From: Escherichia coli
GTDB lineage: Bacteria > Pseudomonadota > Gammaproteobacteria > Enterobacterales > Enterobacteriaceae
NCBI RefSeq assembly: GCF_045037415.1
Contig: NZ_CP173438.1
Length of the DNA: 64,000 nt
Strand: one strand, 5' to 3'
The notes under the pieces were generated by a model. That model was not told the origin of the DNA. It was given only the letters and a program-made list of their open reading frames with translations, and ran no database searches. The position numbers and the translations under genes were made by a program. Shown here one piece after another: positions 15,948 to 27,226 of this stretch; positions within the stretch are counted from its first letter, which is position 1; every line of letters starts with the position of its first letter.

Positions 15948-18797
15948 TTGAAATACCTTGCTTCTTTTCGTACAACCCTGAAAGCCTCGCGCTACATGTT
16001 CAGAGCATTGGCGTTAGTGCTCTGGCTGTTGATTGCTTTTTCATCCGTTTTTTACATCGTTAATGCGTTACATCAGCGAGAATCGGAAATTCGTCAGGAA
16101 TTTAATCTGAGTTCCGATCAGGCTCAGCGCTTTATTCAACGCACCTCTGATGTGATGAAAGAGCTGAAGTACATAGCTGAAAATCGCTTATCGGCAGAAA
16201 ACGGTGTGCTTTCCCCGCGTGGACGAGAAACGCAGACGGATGTGCCTGCGTTTGAACCGCTGTTTGCTGACTCTGATTGTTCCGCAATGAGTAACACCTG
16301 GCGAGGTTCTCTGGAGTCATTGGCGTGGTTTATGCGCTACTGGCGCGATAATTTTTCTGCGGCTTACGATCTAAACCGGGTATTTTTAATCGGCAGCGAT
16401 AACCTCTGCATGGCCAATTTCGGTCTGCGTGATATGCCAGTGGAACGCGATACCGCGCTAAAAGCTTTGCATGAACGCATTAATAAATATCGAAATGCAC
16501 CACAAGATGATAGTGGCAGTAACCTCTACTGGATCAGCGAAGGTCCGCGCCCTGGCGTCGGGTATTTTTACGCCTTGACGCCAGTTTATCTGGCGAACCG
16601 GTTGCAGGCGCTTTTGGGTGTCGAGCAAACCATCCGGATGGAGAACTTTTTCTTACCTGGTACGTTGCCGATGGGGGTTACCATTCTTGATGAAAATGGT
16701 CATACCCTGATTTCGCTTACCGGACCAGAAAGCAAAATTAAGGGCGATCCTCGCTGGATGCAGGAACGCTCCTGGTTTGGCTATACGGAAGGGTTCCGGG
16801 AACTGGTGCTGAAGAAAAATCTGCCACCCTCATCGCTAAGCATCGTTTATTCAGTGCCAGTTGATAAGGTGCTGGAACGCATTCGCATGTTGATCCTTAA
16901 CGCAATTTTGCTGAATGTGCTTGCCGGAGCTGCATTGTTTACTCTCGCGCGGATGTACGAGCGGCGTATTTTCATTCCGGCGGAAAGCGACGCCCTGCGA
17001 CTGGAAGAACATGAGCAGTTTAATCGCAAGATTGTCGCCTCCGCGCCAGTGGGTATCTGCATTTTGCGTACCGCTGATGGCGTCAATATTTTAAGTAACG
17101 AACTGGCGCATACTTATCTCAATATGCTTACGCATGAGGACCGCCAACGGCTGACACAAATTATCTGTGGGCAGCAGGTCAATTTTGTTGATGTCCTGAC
17201 CAGCAACAATACCAATCTGCAAATCAGCTTCGTCCATTCGCGCTATCGTAATGAAAACGTGGCCATTTGTGTGCTGGTGGATGTTTCTTCGCGCGTGAAG
17301 ATGGAAGAGTCGTTGCAGGAGATGGCACAAGCAGCGGAACAGGCGAGCCAGTCAAAATCGATGTTCCTGGCCACCGTCAGTCATGAGCTGCGAACGCCGC
17401 TGTATGGCATTATCGGTAACCTGGATCTGTTGCAAACCAAAGAGTTACCGAAAGGCGTCGATCGTCTGGTGACGGCAATGAACAACTCTTCCAGCCTGTT
17501 GTTGAAAATTATCAGCGATATTCTCGATTTCTCGAAAATTGAATCAGAACAGTTGAAGATCGAACCGCGTGAGTTTTCACCGCGTGAAGTGATGAACCAC
17601 ATCACCGCCAACTATTTACCGCTGGTGGTACGCAAGCAGTTAGGCTTGTACTGCTTTATTGAACCGGATGTGCCAGTGGCCTTAAATGGCGACCCGATGC
17701 GTTTACAGCAGGTCATCTCCAACCTGTTGAGTAACGCCATAAAATTCACCGATACCGGCTGTATAGTTTTGCATGTTCGCGCTGATGGCGATTATCTCTC
17801 TATCCGTGTTCGCGATACCGGCGTGGGGATACCGGCGAAAGAAGTGGTGCGCTTGTTTGATCCCTTCTTCCAGGTCGGAACGGGCGTACAGCGTAACTTC
17901 CAGGGGACTGGTCTGGGTCTGGCGATTTGTGAAAAACTGATCAGCATGATGGACGGCGACATCTCGGTAGATTCAGAACCGGGAATGGGCAGCCAGTTTA
18001 CCGTGCGTATTCCGTTATACGGCGCTCAGTACCCGCAGAAAAAAGGTGTGGAAGGGTTGAGTGGTAAACGCTGCTGGCTGGCGGTCCGCAATGCGTCGCT
18101 CTGTCAGTTCCTGGAAACCAGTTTGCAGCGCAGCGGCATCGTCGTTACAACATACGAAGGGCAGGAACCGACTCCCGAAGATGTGTTAATTACTGACGAG
18201 GTAGTGAACAAAAAATGGCAGGGCAGAGCGGTAGTGACCTTCTGTCGTCGCCATATTGGTATTCCGCTGGAGAAAGCGCCAGGGGAGTGGGTACATAGTG
18301 TGGCTGCTCCGCATGAGCTACCGGCATTGTTGGCGCGTATTTATTTGATCGAGATGGAGAGCGACGATCCTGCTAACGCTCTGCCGTCGACGGACAAAGC
18401 GGTCAGCGATAATGACGATATGATGATTCTGGTCGTGGATGATCATCCGATTAACCGGCGTCTGCTGGCAGATCAGTTGGGATCGTTGGGCTATCAATGT
18501 AAAACCGCGAATGATGGCGTCGATGCGCTTAATGTACTTAACAAGAATCATATTGATATCGTGCTTAGCGACGTCAATATGCCAAATATGGATGGTTACC
18601 GCTTGACGCAACGCATTCGTCAGTTGGGACTGACGTTGCCGGTAATCGGAGTAACTGCTAATGCGTTGGCTGAAGAGAAGCAGCGGTGTCTGGAGTCCGG
18701 TATGGACAGCTGCCTGTCGAAGCCGGTAACGCTGGATGTGATAAAACAGACGCTGACGGTATATGCCGAGAGGGTCAGGAAATCGCGGGAATCGTAG
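15948..18797 (+). CDS. rcsC: hybrid sensor histidine kinase RcsC
   Basis: 949-aa ORF, TTG start; N-terminus MKYLASFRTTLK; histidine kinase plus C-terminal receiver domain (ILVVDDHPINRRL). Confidence 0.95.
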   Translation: MKYLASFRTTLKASRYMFRALALVLWLLIAFSSVFYIVNALHQRESEIRQEFNLSSDQAQRFIQRTSDVMKELKYIAENRLSAENGVLSPRGRETQTDVPAFEPLFADSDCSAMSNTWRGSLESLAWFMRYWRDNFSAAYDLNRVFLIGSDNLCMANFGLRDMPVERDTALKALHERINKYRNAPQDDSGSNLYWISEGPRPGVGYFYALTPVYLANRLQALLGVEQTIRMENFFLPGTLPMGVTILDENGHTLISLTGPESKIKGDPRWMQERSWFGYTEGFRELVLKKNLPPSSLSIVYSVPVDKVLERIRMLILNAILLNVLAGAALFTLARMYERRIFIPAESDALRLEEHEQFNRKIVASAPVGICILRTADGVNILSNELAHTYLNMLTHEDRQRLTQIICGQQVNFVDVLTSNNTNLQISFVHSRYRNENVAICVLVDVSSRVKMEESLQEMAQAAEQASQSKSMFLATVSHELRTPLYGIIGNLDLLQTKELPKGVDRLVTAMNNSSSLLLKIISDILDFSKIESEQLKIEPREFSPREVMNHITANYLPLVVRKQLGLYCFIEPDVPVALNGDPMRLQQVISNLLSNAIKFTDTGCIVLHVRADGDYLSIRVRDTGVGIPAKEVVRLFDPFFQVGTGVQRNFQGTGLGLAICEKLISMMDGDISVDSEPGMGSQFTVRIPLYGAQYPQKKGVEGLSGKRCWLAVRNASLCQFLETSLQRSGIVVTTYEGQEPTPEDVLITDEVVNKKWQGRAVVTFCRRHIGIPLEKAPGEWVHSVAAPHELPALLARIYLIEMESDDPANALPSTDKAVSDNDDMMILVVDDHPINRRLLADQLGSLGYQCKTANDGVDALNVLNKNHIDIVLSDVNMPNMDGYRLTQRIRQLGLTLPVIGVTANALAEEKQRCLESGMDSCLSKPVTLDVIKQTLTVYAERVRKSRES

Positions 18798-18995
18798 GAC
18801 GGATAAGGTGTTTATGCCGCATCTGGCATTCAGTGCAAATGCCAGATGCGACGCTGACGCGTCTTATCTGGCCTACTTTAATGTAATCTGTTGAAATAAT
18901 GGGAATCGTAGGACGGATAAGGCGTTTACGCCGCATCCGGCAATCCGTGCAAATGCCAGATAAGACACTGACGCGTCTTATCTGGCCTACAGGTG
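18786..18995. repeat. REP/BIME tandem (two ~100-bp units)
   Basis: Two near-identical units each starting GGGAATCGTAGGACGGATAAGG and containing palindromic GCCGGATG / GCCAGATAAGACGCGTCAG REP motifs; the first unit overlaps the last codons of rcsC. Confidence 0.7.
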
Positions 18996-18996
18996 A

Positions 18997-19647
18997 TTAG
19001 TCTTTATCTGCCGGACTCAACGTCACAGAAGAGAGATAATTCAGCAGAGCAATATCGTTCTCGACACCCAGCTTCATCATCGCAGATTTCTTCTGGCTAC
19101 TGATGGTTTTAATACTGCGGTTCAGCTTTTTAGCGATCTCGGTCACCAGGAAGCCTTCCGCAAACAGGCGCAGAACTTCACTCTCTTTTGGCGAGAGACG
19201 CTTGTCACCGTAACCACCAGCACTGATTTTTTCCAACAGGCGAGAAACGCTTTCCGGGGTAAATTTCTTCCCTTTCTGCAGCGCGGCGAGAGCCTTCGGC
19301 AAATCGGTCGGTGCACCTTGTTTCAGCACGATCCCTTCGATATCCAGATCCAATACCGCACTAAGAATCGCCGGGTTGTTGTTCATGGTCAGAACAATGA
19401 TCGACAGGCTTGGGAAATGGCGCTTGATGTACTTGATTAAGGTAATGCCATCACCGTACTTATCGCCAGGCATGGAGAGATCGGTAATCAACACATGCGC
19501 ATCCAGTTTCGGCAGATTGTTGATCAGTGCTGTAGAGTCTTCAAATTCGCCGACAACATTCACCCACTCAATTTGCTCAAGTGATTTGCGAATACCGAAC
19601 AAGACTATCGGATGGTCATCGGCAATAATTACGTTCATATTGTTCAT
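18997..19647 (-). CDS. rcsB: response regulator RcsB
   Basis: ORF track 18997..19692; native start MNNMNVIIADDH at 19647 (216 aa); LuxR-type helix-turn-helix at the C-terminus. Confidence 0.95.
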   Translation of the reverse strand: MNNMNVIIADDHPIVLFGIRKSLEQIEWVNVVGEFEDSTALINNLPKLDAHVLITDLSMPGDKYGDGITLIKYIKRHFPSLSIIVLTMNNNPAILSAVLDLDIEGIVLKQGAPTDLPKALAALQKGKKFTPESVSRLLEKISAGGYGDKRLSPKESEVLRLFAEGFLVTEIAKKLNRSIKTISSQKKSAMMKLGVENDIALLNYLSSVTLSPADKD

Positions 19648-19663
19648 GTAATAGGCTACCTTG

Positions 19664-22336
19664 CTACAGCAAGCTCTTGACATAACTGTCAATGTCGCTG
19701 ATGTATTTTTCTATTCCTGGAACATCCTTCTCACGAATCAGATGTTCCAGCGTTTCACATAACTGCTTGCCGGGTACCAGATTTAGCATGGCAAATACGC
19801 CTTTAAGACGATGAGCCGTTTGGGCTAACGCAGCAAAGTCGCTGGTTGCTGCTTCAGTATATAGCCTCTTAACATCATCCGGTACTGTGTCTACAAAGAG
19901 CGCATAATAGCCGCTGGCATGGAGTTGCGCATTTTCATCTCCGCCCAGAGGCGATTCTGTCACCTCTTCCTGCGCCAGTTGCACTTCAATTAATTGTAAG
20001 ACCGCTTCCTGCATAGCGTTGCTCATATTGAAATTGACGCACAATTGACCAGGCCCAATTTCCCGTACGCCAGACTCATCATCGCTTAAAAGCAAGCCAG
20101 AGGCAGTAAGATTAGACGGATTATCCGTTAAAAAGATATCATAATCTTGACTAATTAATCTTTCATCGGGTGTGATACAGGTTGCACCCCAATTTTCTAA
20201 CTGGCGAGTGACAATATTCCGAATTTCTGCCGAAGTAACATCCACCATTACGCAGACATCATCCAGTAATCGCTCTTCTTCCTCTTCAACTTCCGGGTCA
20301 GCTGCGAGCATTTTGATATGCACAGAGTAGCGTGTACCAAGCCCATCCCGCGTTTTGATGTTTAAATGACCGCCCAGTTTACGCGCCAGTTGATCGCTCA
20401 GCCAGAATGCCAGCGGGTCCGCCTTGCCATAGCGATCGTTTTGGGTCTGGTTGATAAACGGGAAGTGCAAATTATCCATTTCATGAATGCTTACGCCTTC
20501 TCCAGTGTCCAGAATGCGGAACGTCAGGCGGTCTTCGGAGGACTCATCCTGATCAACCTCAAGGGTGATTTTTCCTAATTGCGTTGAGGTCACGGCATAT
20601 TGCATCAGTAGCAGCAAAATACGTCGTAAGGCATCGCGATCGCCGCGGCGCATATCGTGTGCTTTCAGATGATTGTTAATCAGCAGTTGCAGACCTTTAC
20701 GCTTGATGGCAGGCAACACTGAAGGCACTACTTCATCAATTAAATCCTGCACGGAGAACAGCTCCGTCTCACTTTTCCAGCTATCGTCCGCAAGCATGTT
20801 CGCTAACTGTATTTCATCGACCAGTCGCACCAGCACATCAGCCTGATTCGCCAGTTGTTTGCCTTCCGGGGCGTTGAGTTTAGCCGCGCTCTCCGCCAGG
20901 GACTGTGCGGGTTCTTTCAGCGCATCGCCAATGTTTTTCATAAAGGTCATCCGCCCCTGCTGGTTTTTCTCATACAGACGCTGCGCCTGCTTGAGTTTCT
21001 TGTTTACCAGCACTTCGCGATCCTGATCGCGAATAATGAAAATTTGTGTGCGCGGCGCAACCTGGCTGCGGAACATGCGGATCTCATACAGCTCGTTATT
21101 GATCGTCGCCTGAATAATCCCCTGATGCTGTTCCGCCATGGTGGTGATGTTTTGCAGATTCAAATGCGGCAGCAAATGATCGGCAATTTTGTTACTTATG
21201 ACTGTGCGGTTTGATTCCTGATCGTGAACCAGCAGGCCGAGCGGCAGCAGTGAGACTATCTCTTCATTAATTGCCCGTAAAATGCGCAATTCGTTATTGA
21301 CCGCCGTGCTGGGGACGCTTTCTGTACTGCGGCTGGAGAAATGGCGGAATGTGGTATAGCCAAATAACGCCAGCGCCAGCAAACCGATGTTCAGCAGCAG
21401 TGGCAGCAGAATGTTTTGCAACGTATCCAGCAGTAAGGTGCCGTAAGGAACCTGCCAGACCAGGCGCATATCGGTAGAGTTGAGTGCCGAGGAGATTTCA
21501 ATCTTCGTACTGTTAAAGTGGATACTGACGCTATCCGTCCCTTCTTTCTCATTTTCATTGTTTCCCGTTGCCGTCGCGTCTGGCTCAAGGCGGAAACTGT
21601 CCAGCGGCATACCCGGTGGGATCAAATCATTAATCGGCAGATCAAAAGCCACGACCGTTGCCAGATGTCCCGGCTGGTTGAACGTGGTACGCAAGGTAAA
21701 GTAATGACCGTTCTGCCAGGCCAGGCGGCGCATGTTAGAAAAACTTTCGCGTTCATCGAGGGCGTTGGCCTGTTGCAACATCTCTGCACGACGTGAATCA
21801 ACAATGTCGCTGACGGTCGATTCTTTAAATCCGGAGGTGAGATCTTTGAGGGGCAGGGTTGAGATCAGCACCAGACTGTTATCCTGACCATTCAGGTAAT
21901 ACATCGACCACGGTACATTTTCTGCGCCCCACAATGTGTCCAGATAGGTGGACATCCGTTGAGTCATCTCAAGCGTTGAGTTGTCGTGAGAGCCAAAGAT
22001 TAACGCTTCCGTTTTGCGGCGTGGTTTCTCCAGATAGTAGACATCCTGTTTCAGGCGCGTCTCTTGTAAACCTTCGCCGGAGGAGGGGGAGGTCGTCGCG
22101 GCAATGTTGTCGTAGATCTGCCAGGTCACGTAACGCCAGGTATCGACGCGCTTTTGGATTGCGTGGGTAATGTCGACAATCTGGTAACTTTTATCTTTCA
22201 GCCAGGCGTTAACGGCGCTTTGTACCATTACACCCATCGTCACCAGTAACACAATGATCAACAGTAAAAAGAAGCGGGTAATGCTCCCCGGTAGGAGTGA
22301 AAAGCGGGTCGTGGCCGTTGTCTCTTTCTGACGCAT
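19664..22336 (-). CDS. rcsD: phosphotransfer intermediate protein RcsD
   Basis: 890-aa ORF; N-terminus MRQKETTATTRFSLLPGS; membrane-anchored, histidine-kinase-like with a C-terminal Hpt domain; upstream of rcsB. Confidence 0.95.
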   Translation of the reverse strand: MRQKETTATTRFSLLPGSITRFFLLLIIVLLVTMGVMVQSAVNAWLKDKSYQIVDITHAIQKRVDTWRYVTWQIYDNIAATTSPSSGEGLQETRLKQDVYYLEKPRRKTEALIFGSHDNSTLEMTQRMSTYLDTLWGAENVPWSMYYLNGQDNSLVLISTLPLKDLTSGFKESTVSDIVDSRRAEMLQQANALDERESFSNMRRLAWQNGHYFTLRTTFNQPGHLATVVAFDLPINDLIPPGMPLDSFRLEPDATATGNNENEKEGTDSVSIHFNSTKIEISSALNSTDMRLVWQVPYGTLLLDTLQNILLPLLLNIGLLALALFGYTTFRHFSSRSTESVPSTAVNNELRILRAINEEIVSLLPLGLLVHDQESNRTVISNKIADHLLPHLNLQNITTMAEQHQGIIQATINNELYEIRMFRSQVAPRTQIFIIRDQDREVLVNKKLKQAQRLYEKNQQGRMTFMKNIGDALKEPAQSLAESAAKLNAPEGKQLANQADVLVRLVDEIQLANMLADDSWKSETELFSVQDLIDEVVPSVLPAIKRKGLQLLINNHLKAHDMRRGDRDALRRILLLLMQYAVTSTQLGKITLEVDQDESSEDRLTFRILDTGEGVSIHEMDNLHFPFINQTQNDRYGKADPLAFWLSDQLARKLGGHLNIKTRDGLGTRYSVHIKMLAADPEVEEEEERLLDDVCVMVDVTSAEIRNIVTRQLENWGATCITPDERLISQDYDIFLTDNPSNLTASGLLLSDDESGVREIGPGQLCVNFNMSNAMQEAVLQLIEVQLAQEEVTESPLGGDENAQLHASGYYALFVDTVPDDVKRLYTEAATSDFAALAQTAHRLKGVFAMLNLVPGKQLCETLEHLIREKDVPGIEKYISDIDSYVKSLL

Positions 22337-22647
22337 TCGTGTTTATGACCTGTTAAAACTTCGCGAAGTGATAGGGCAGTATAAAGGGTACAGTGTGAAA
22401 TTCCAGACTCTTACCTGATTGATGATTCTCTATTCTCCAGTGATATTTATCATCCGGCATTGGGGGAAATAGATGTACAAGCGCCATTTTGCTGTACAAA
22501 TAACCTACAAAAAGCCCAACGAAATTAATTGCAAATAAACGAAGATTGCTGGAAATTATGCTGATGTTAATTATTTGTGAAATAGTTAACAAGCGTTATA
22601 GTTTTTCTGTGGTAGCACAGAATAATGAAAAGTGTGTAAAGAAGGGT

Positions 22648-22740
22648 AAAAAAAACCGGATGCGAGGCATCCGGTTGAAATAGGGGTAAACAGACATTCA
22701 GAAATGAATGACGGTAATAAATAAAGTTAATGATGATAGC
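22648..22740 (-). ncRNA. micF: MicF antisense small RNA
   Basis: Minus strand reads GCTATCATCATTAACTTTATTTATTACCGTCATTCATTTCTGAATGTCTGTTTACCCCTATTTCAACCGGATGCCTCGCATCCGGTTTTTTTT, i.e. the micF sequence with its intrinsic terminator; divergent from ompC. Confidence 0.85.
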
Positions 22741-22894
22741 GGGAGATATTCTAGTTGCGAGTGAAGGTTTTGTTTTGACATTCAGTGCTGTCAAATACTT
22801 AAGAATAAGTTATTGATTTTAACCTTGAATTAATATTGCTTGATGTTAGGTGCTTATTTTGCCATTCCGCAATAATCTTAAAAAGTTCCCTTGT

Positions 22895-22996
22895 ATTTAC
22901 ATTTTGAAACATCTATAGCGATAAATGAAACATCTTAAAAGTTTTAGTATCATATTCGTGTTGGATTATTCTGCATTTTTGGGGAGAATGGACTTG
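22895..22996 (+). promoter_or_regulatory. ompC promoter with OmpR binding boxes
   Basis: TTTACATTTTGAAACATCTA-type OmpR boxes followed by a GAGAAT -10 element about 80 nt upstream of the ompC ATG. Confidence 0.6.
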
Positions 22997-23059
22997 CCGA
23001 CTGATTAATGAGGGTTAATCAGTATGCAGTGGCATAAAAAAGCAAATAAAGGCATATAA

Positions 23060-24196
<1,137 letters not shown>

Positions 24197-24213
24197 TCTC
24201 GATTGATATCGAA

Positions 24214-24238
24214 CAAAGGGCCTGCGGGCCCTTTTTTC
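24214..24238 (+). terminator. ompC rho-independent terminator
   Basis: GGGCCTGCGGGCCC hairpin followed by TTTTTT. Confidence 0.75.
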
Positions 24239-24307
24239 ATTGTTTTCAGCGTACAAACACAGTTTTTTGGTGTACTCTTGCGACCGTTCGCATGAGGATA
24301 ATCACGT

Positions 24308-25363
24308 ATGGAAATAAGCTTTACCCGCGTGGCACTGCTGGCTGCCGCGCTCTTCTTTGTTGGTTGCGATCAAAAACCACAACCCGCCAAAACCCACGCT
24401 ACTGAAGTTACCGTTCTTGAAGGCAAAACCATGGGTACCTTCTGGCGTGCCAGCATCCCGGGCATTGACGCCAAACGCAGTGCCGAACTTAAAGAAAAGA
24501 TTCAGACCCAGCTGGACGCTGACGATCAGCTGCTTTCGACCTATAAAAAAGATTCCGCGCTGATGCGCTTTAACGACTCGCAAAGTTTGTCGCCGTGGCC
24601 GGTAAGTGAAGCGATGGCCGATATCGTCACCACCTCGCTGCGCATTGGCGCAAGGACCGATGGTGCGATGGATATAACCATCGGGCCGCTGGTGAATCTG
24701 TGGGGCTTTGGCCCGGAACAACAACCGGTTCAAATTCCGAGCCAGGAACAGATCGATGCGATGAAAGCCAAAACCGGCTTACAGCACCTGACGGTCATTA
24801 ATCAGTCGCATCAGCAATATCTGCAAAAAGACCTGCCGGATTTATATGTCGATCTCTCCACCGTCGGCGAAGGTTATGCGGCGGATCACCTGGCACGCTT
24901 GATGGAGCAGGAAGGGATTTCCCGCTATCTGGTGTCGGTGGGCGGCGCGCTGAACAGCCGTGGTATGAACGGTGCAGGCCAACCGTGGCGGGTAGCGATT
25001 CAAAAACCAACCGATAAAGAAAACGCGGTTCAGGCCGTGGTGGATATCAACGGTCATGGTATTAGCACCTCTGGCAGCTACCGTAACTATTACGAACTGG
25101 ACGGCAAACGTCTTTCTCATGTTATCGATCCGCAAACCGGGCGTCCTATCGAACACAATCTGGTATCCGTGACGGTGATTGCCCCGACGGCGCTGGAGGC
25201 CGATGCCTGGGATACTGGCTTGATGGTACTCGGACCGGAGAAAGCCAAAGAGGTTGTTCGCCGGGAAGGACTGGCGGTCTACATGATCACCAAAGAGGGC
25301 GATAATTTTAAAGCCTGGATGTCGCCGCAGTTTAAAAGCTTCCTTATCAGCGAAAAAAATTAA
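24308..25363 (+). CDS. apbE: FAD:protein FMN transferase (lipoprotein ApbE)
   Basis: 351-aa ORF; signal peptide with lipobox FVGC; ApbE-family sequence. Confidence 0.9.
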   Translation: MEISFTRVALLAAALFFVGCDQKPQPAKTHATEVTVLEGKTMGTFWRASIPGIDAKRSAELKEKIQTQLDADDQLLSTYKKDSALMRFNDSQSLSPWPVSEAMADIVTTSLRIGARTDGAMDITIGPLVNLWGFGPEQQPVQIPSQEQIDAMKAKTGLQHLTVINQSHQQYLQKDLPDLYVDLSTVGEGYAADHLARLMEQEGISRYLVSVGGALNSRGMNGAGQPWRVAIQKPTDKENAVQAVVDINGHGISTSGSYRNYYELDGKRLSHVIDPQTGRPIEHNLVSVTVIAPTALEADAWDTGLMVLGPEKAKEVVRREGLAVYMITKEGDNFKAWMSPQFKSFLISEKN

Positions 25364-25436
25364 AGCGCAAGATTGTTGGTTTTTGTGCGATGGTGACCGG
25401 GCAGACTAAAGGCTATCCTTAACCAGAGAGCTGATT

Positions 25437-26501
25437 ATGAAATACGCCATACGCTTAACTGACGATCAACGCTGGCAATCTGTCTTAGCCCGCGACTCGA
25501 ATGCCGACGGCGAATTCGTTTTCGCCGTGCGCACCACGGGTATCTTTTGCCGTCCGTCTTGCCGAGCCAGACATGCCTTGCGGGAAAATGTCTCCTTCTA
25601 CGCAAATGCCAGCGAGGCGCTTGCCGCTGGCTTTCGTCCCTGCAAACGTTGTCAGCCAGACAAAGCCAATCCCCTGCAACATCGCCTTGATAAAATTACC
25701 CACGCCTGCCGACTTCTGGAACAGGAAACGCCTGTAACGCTGGAAGCCTTAGCCGACCAGGTGGCGATGAGTCCATTTCATTTGCATCGGTTGTTTAAAG
25801 CGACTACCGGAATGACGCCTAAAGCCTGGCAACAGGCCTGGCGCGCTCGCCGTTTGCGCGAATTGCTGGCGAAAGGGGAGAGCGTGACTACATCTATTCT
25901 TAACGCCGGATTCCCCGACAGCAGCAGTTACTACCGCAAAGCCGACGAAACGCTGGGCATGACGGCTAAACAATTCCGTCACGGTGGCGAAAATCTGGCG
26001 GTGCGTTACGCGCTGGCTGATTGTGAGCTGGGCCGTTGCCTGGTGGCAGAAAGTGAGCGGGGGATTTGCGCGATATTACTGGGCGATGATGACGCGACAC
26101 TAATCAGCGAGTTACAGCAGATGTTTCCCGCTGCCGACAGCGCGCCTGCTGATCTGACGTTTCAGCAACATGTGCGTGAAGTGATCGCCAGCCTCAATCA
26201 ACGCGATACGCCGCTGACGTTACCGCTGGACATTCGCGGCACTGCTTTTCAGCAACAAGTCTGGCAGGCACTGCGCACGATACCTTGCGGTGAAACCGTC
26301 AGTTATCAGCAACTGGCTAACGCCATCGGCAAACCGAAAGCGGTACGGGCTGTTGCCAGCGCCTGTGCCGCCAACAAGCTAGCTATCGTTATACCCTGTC
26401 ATCGGGTAGTACGCGGTGATGGATCGCTTTCAGGTTACCGCTGGGGCGTGTCGCGTAAAGCGCAACTGCTACGCCGCGAAGCTGAAAATGAGGAGAGGTA
26501 A
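25437..26501 (+). CDS. ada: bifunctional transcriptional activator / O6-methylguanine-DNA methyltransferase Ada
   Basis: 354-aa ORF; N-terminal Cys cluster (CRPSCRAR...CKRCQP), AraC-type helix-turn-helix, C-terminal PCHRV active site. Confidence 0.95.
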   Translation: MKYAIRLTDDQRWQSVLARDSNADGEFVFAVRTTGIFCRPSCRARHALRENVSFYANASEALAAGFRPCKRCQPDKANPLQHRLDKITHACRLLEQETPVTLEALADQVAMSPFHLHRLFKATTGMTPKAWQQAWRARRLRELLAKGESVTTSILNAGFPDSSSYYRKADETLGMTAKQFRHGGENLAVRYALADCELGRCLVAESERGICAILLGDDDATLISELQQMFPAADSAPADLTFQQHVREVIASLNQRDTPLTLPLDIRGTAFQQQVWQALRTIPCGETVSYQQLANAIGKPKAVRAVASACAANKLAIVIPCHRVVRGDGSLSGYRWGVSRKAQLLRREAENEER

Positions 26502-27151
26502 TGTTGGATCTGTTTGCCGATGCTGAACCGTGGCAAGAACCACTGGCGGCTGGAGCGGTGATTTTGCACCGTTTTGCTTTTAACGCTGCGGAGCAACTGA
26601 TCCGCGATATTAATGACGTTGCCAGCCAGTCGCCGTTTCGCCAGATGGTCACTCCAGGCGGATATACCATGTCGGTGGCGATGACCAACTGTGGGCATCT
26701 GGGCTGGACGACCCATCGGCAAGGTTATCTCTATTCGCCCATTGATCCGCAAACAAATAAACCGTGGCCCGCCATGCCGCAGAGTTTTCATCATTTATGT
26801 CAACGTGCGGCTACGGCAGCGGGCTATCCAGATTTCCAGCCAGATGCCTGTTTGATCAACCGCTACGTTCCTGGCGCGAAACTGTCGCTGCATCAGGATA
26901 AAGACGAACCGGATCTGCGCGCGCCAATTGTTTCTGTTTCTCTGGGCTTACCCGCGATTTTTCAATTTGGCGGCCTGAAACGAAATGATCCGCTCAAACG
27001 TTTGTTGTTGGAACATGGCGATGTGGTGGTATGGGGTGGTGAGTCGCGGCTGTTTTATCATGGCATTCAACCGTTGAAAGTGGGGGGGCATCCACTCACC
27101 ACCGACTGCCGCTACAACCTGACATTCCGTCAGGCAGGTAAAAAAGAATAA
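26501..27151 (+). CDS. alkB: alpha-ketoglutarate-dependent dioxygenase AlkB (DNA repair)
   Basis: 216-aa ORF; start overlaps the ada stop (TAATG); 2OG-Fe(II) oxygenase family. Confidence 0.95.
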   Translation: MLDLFADAEPWQEPLAAGAVILHRFAFNAAEQLIRDINDVASQSPFRQMVTPGGYTMSVAMTNCGHLGWTTHRQGYLYSPIDPQTNKPWPAMPQSFHHLCQRAATAAGYPDFQPDACLINRYVPGAKLSLHQDKDEPDLRAPIVSVSLGLPAIFQFGGLKRNDPLKRLLLEHGDVVVWGGESRLFYHGIQPLKVGGHPLTTDCRYNLTFRQAGKKE

Positions 27152-27226
27152 AAATAAGAATTATTATTGCTGTGCGCACGAAGATGTTTAAACTGCGGGC
27201 TGTAATTCATTGTCCGGGTTTTCTGC

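Noticed and set aside
18786-18995. Possible CRISPR array
   Set aside because: Only two repeat units with REP-type internal palindromes, no regularly spaced unique spacers and no cas genes nearby; no CRISPR-like periodicity was seen elsewhere in the window.
22353-22592. 79-aa minus-strand ORF immediately upstream of rcsD
   Set aside because: It lies in the AT-rich rcsD/micF regulatory region, has low-complexity hydrophobic composition and no convincing ribosome-binding site; more likely non-coding promoter DNA.
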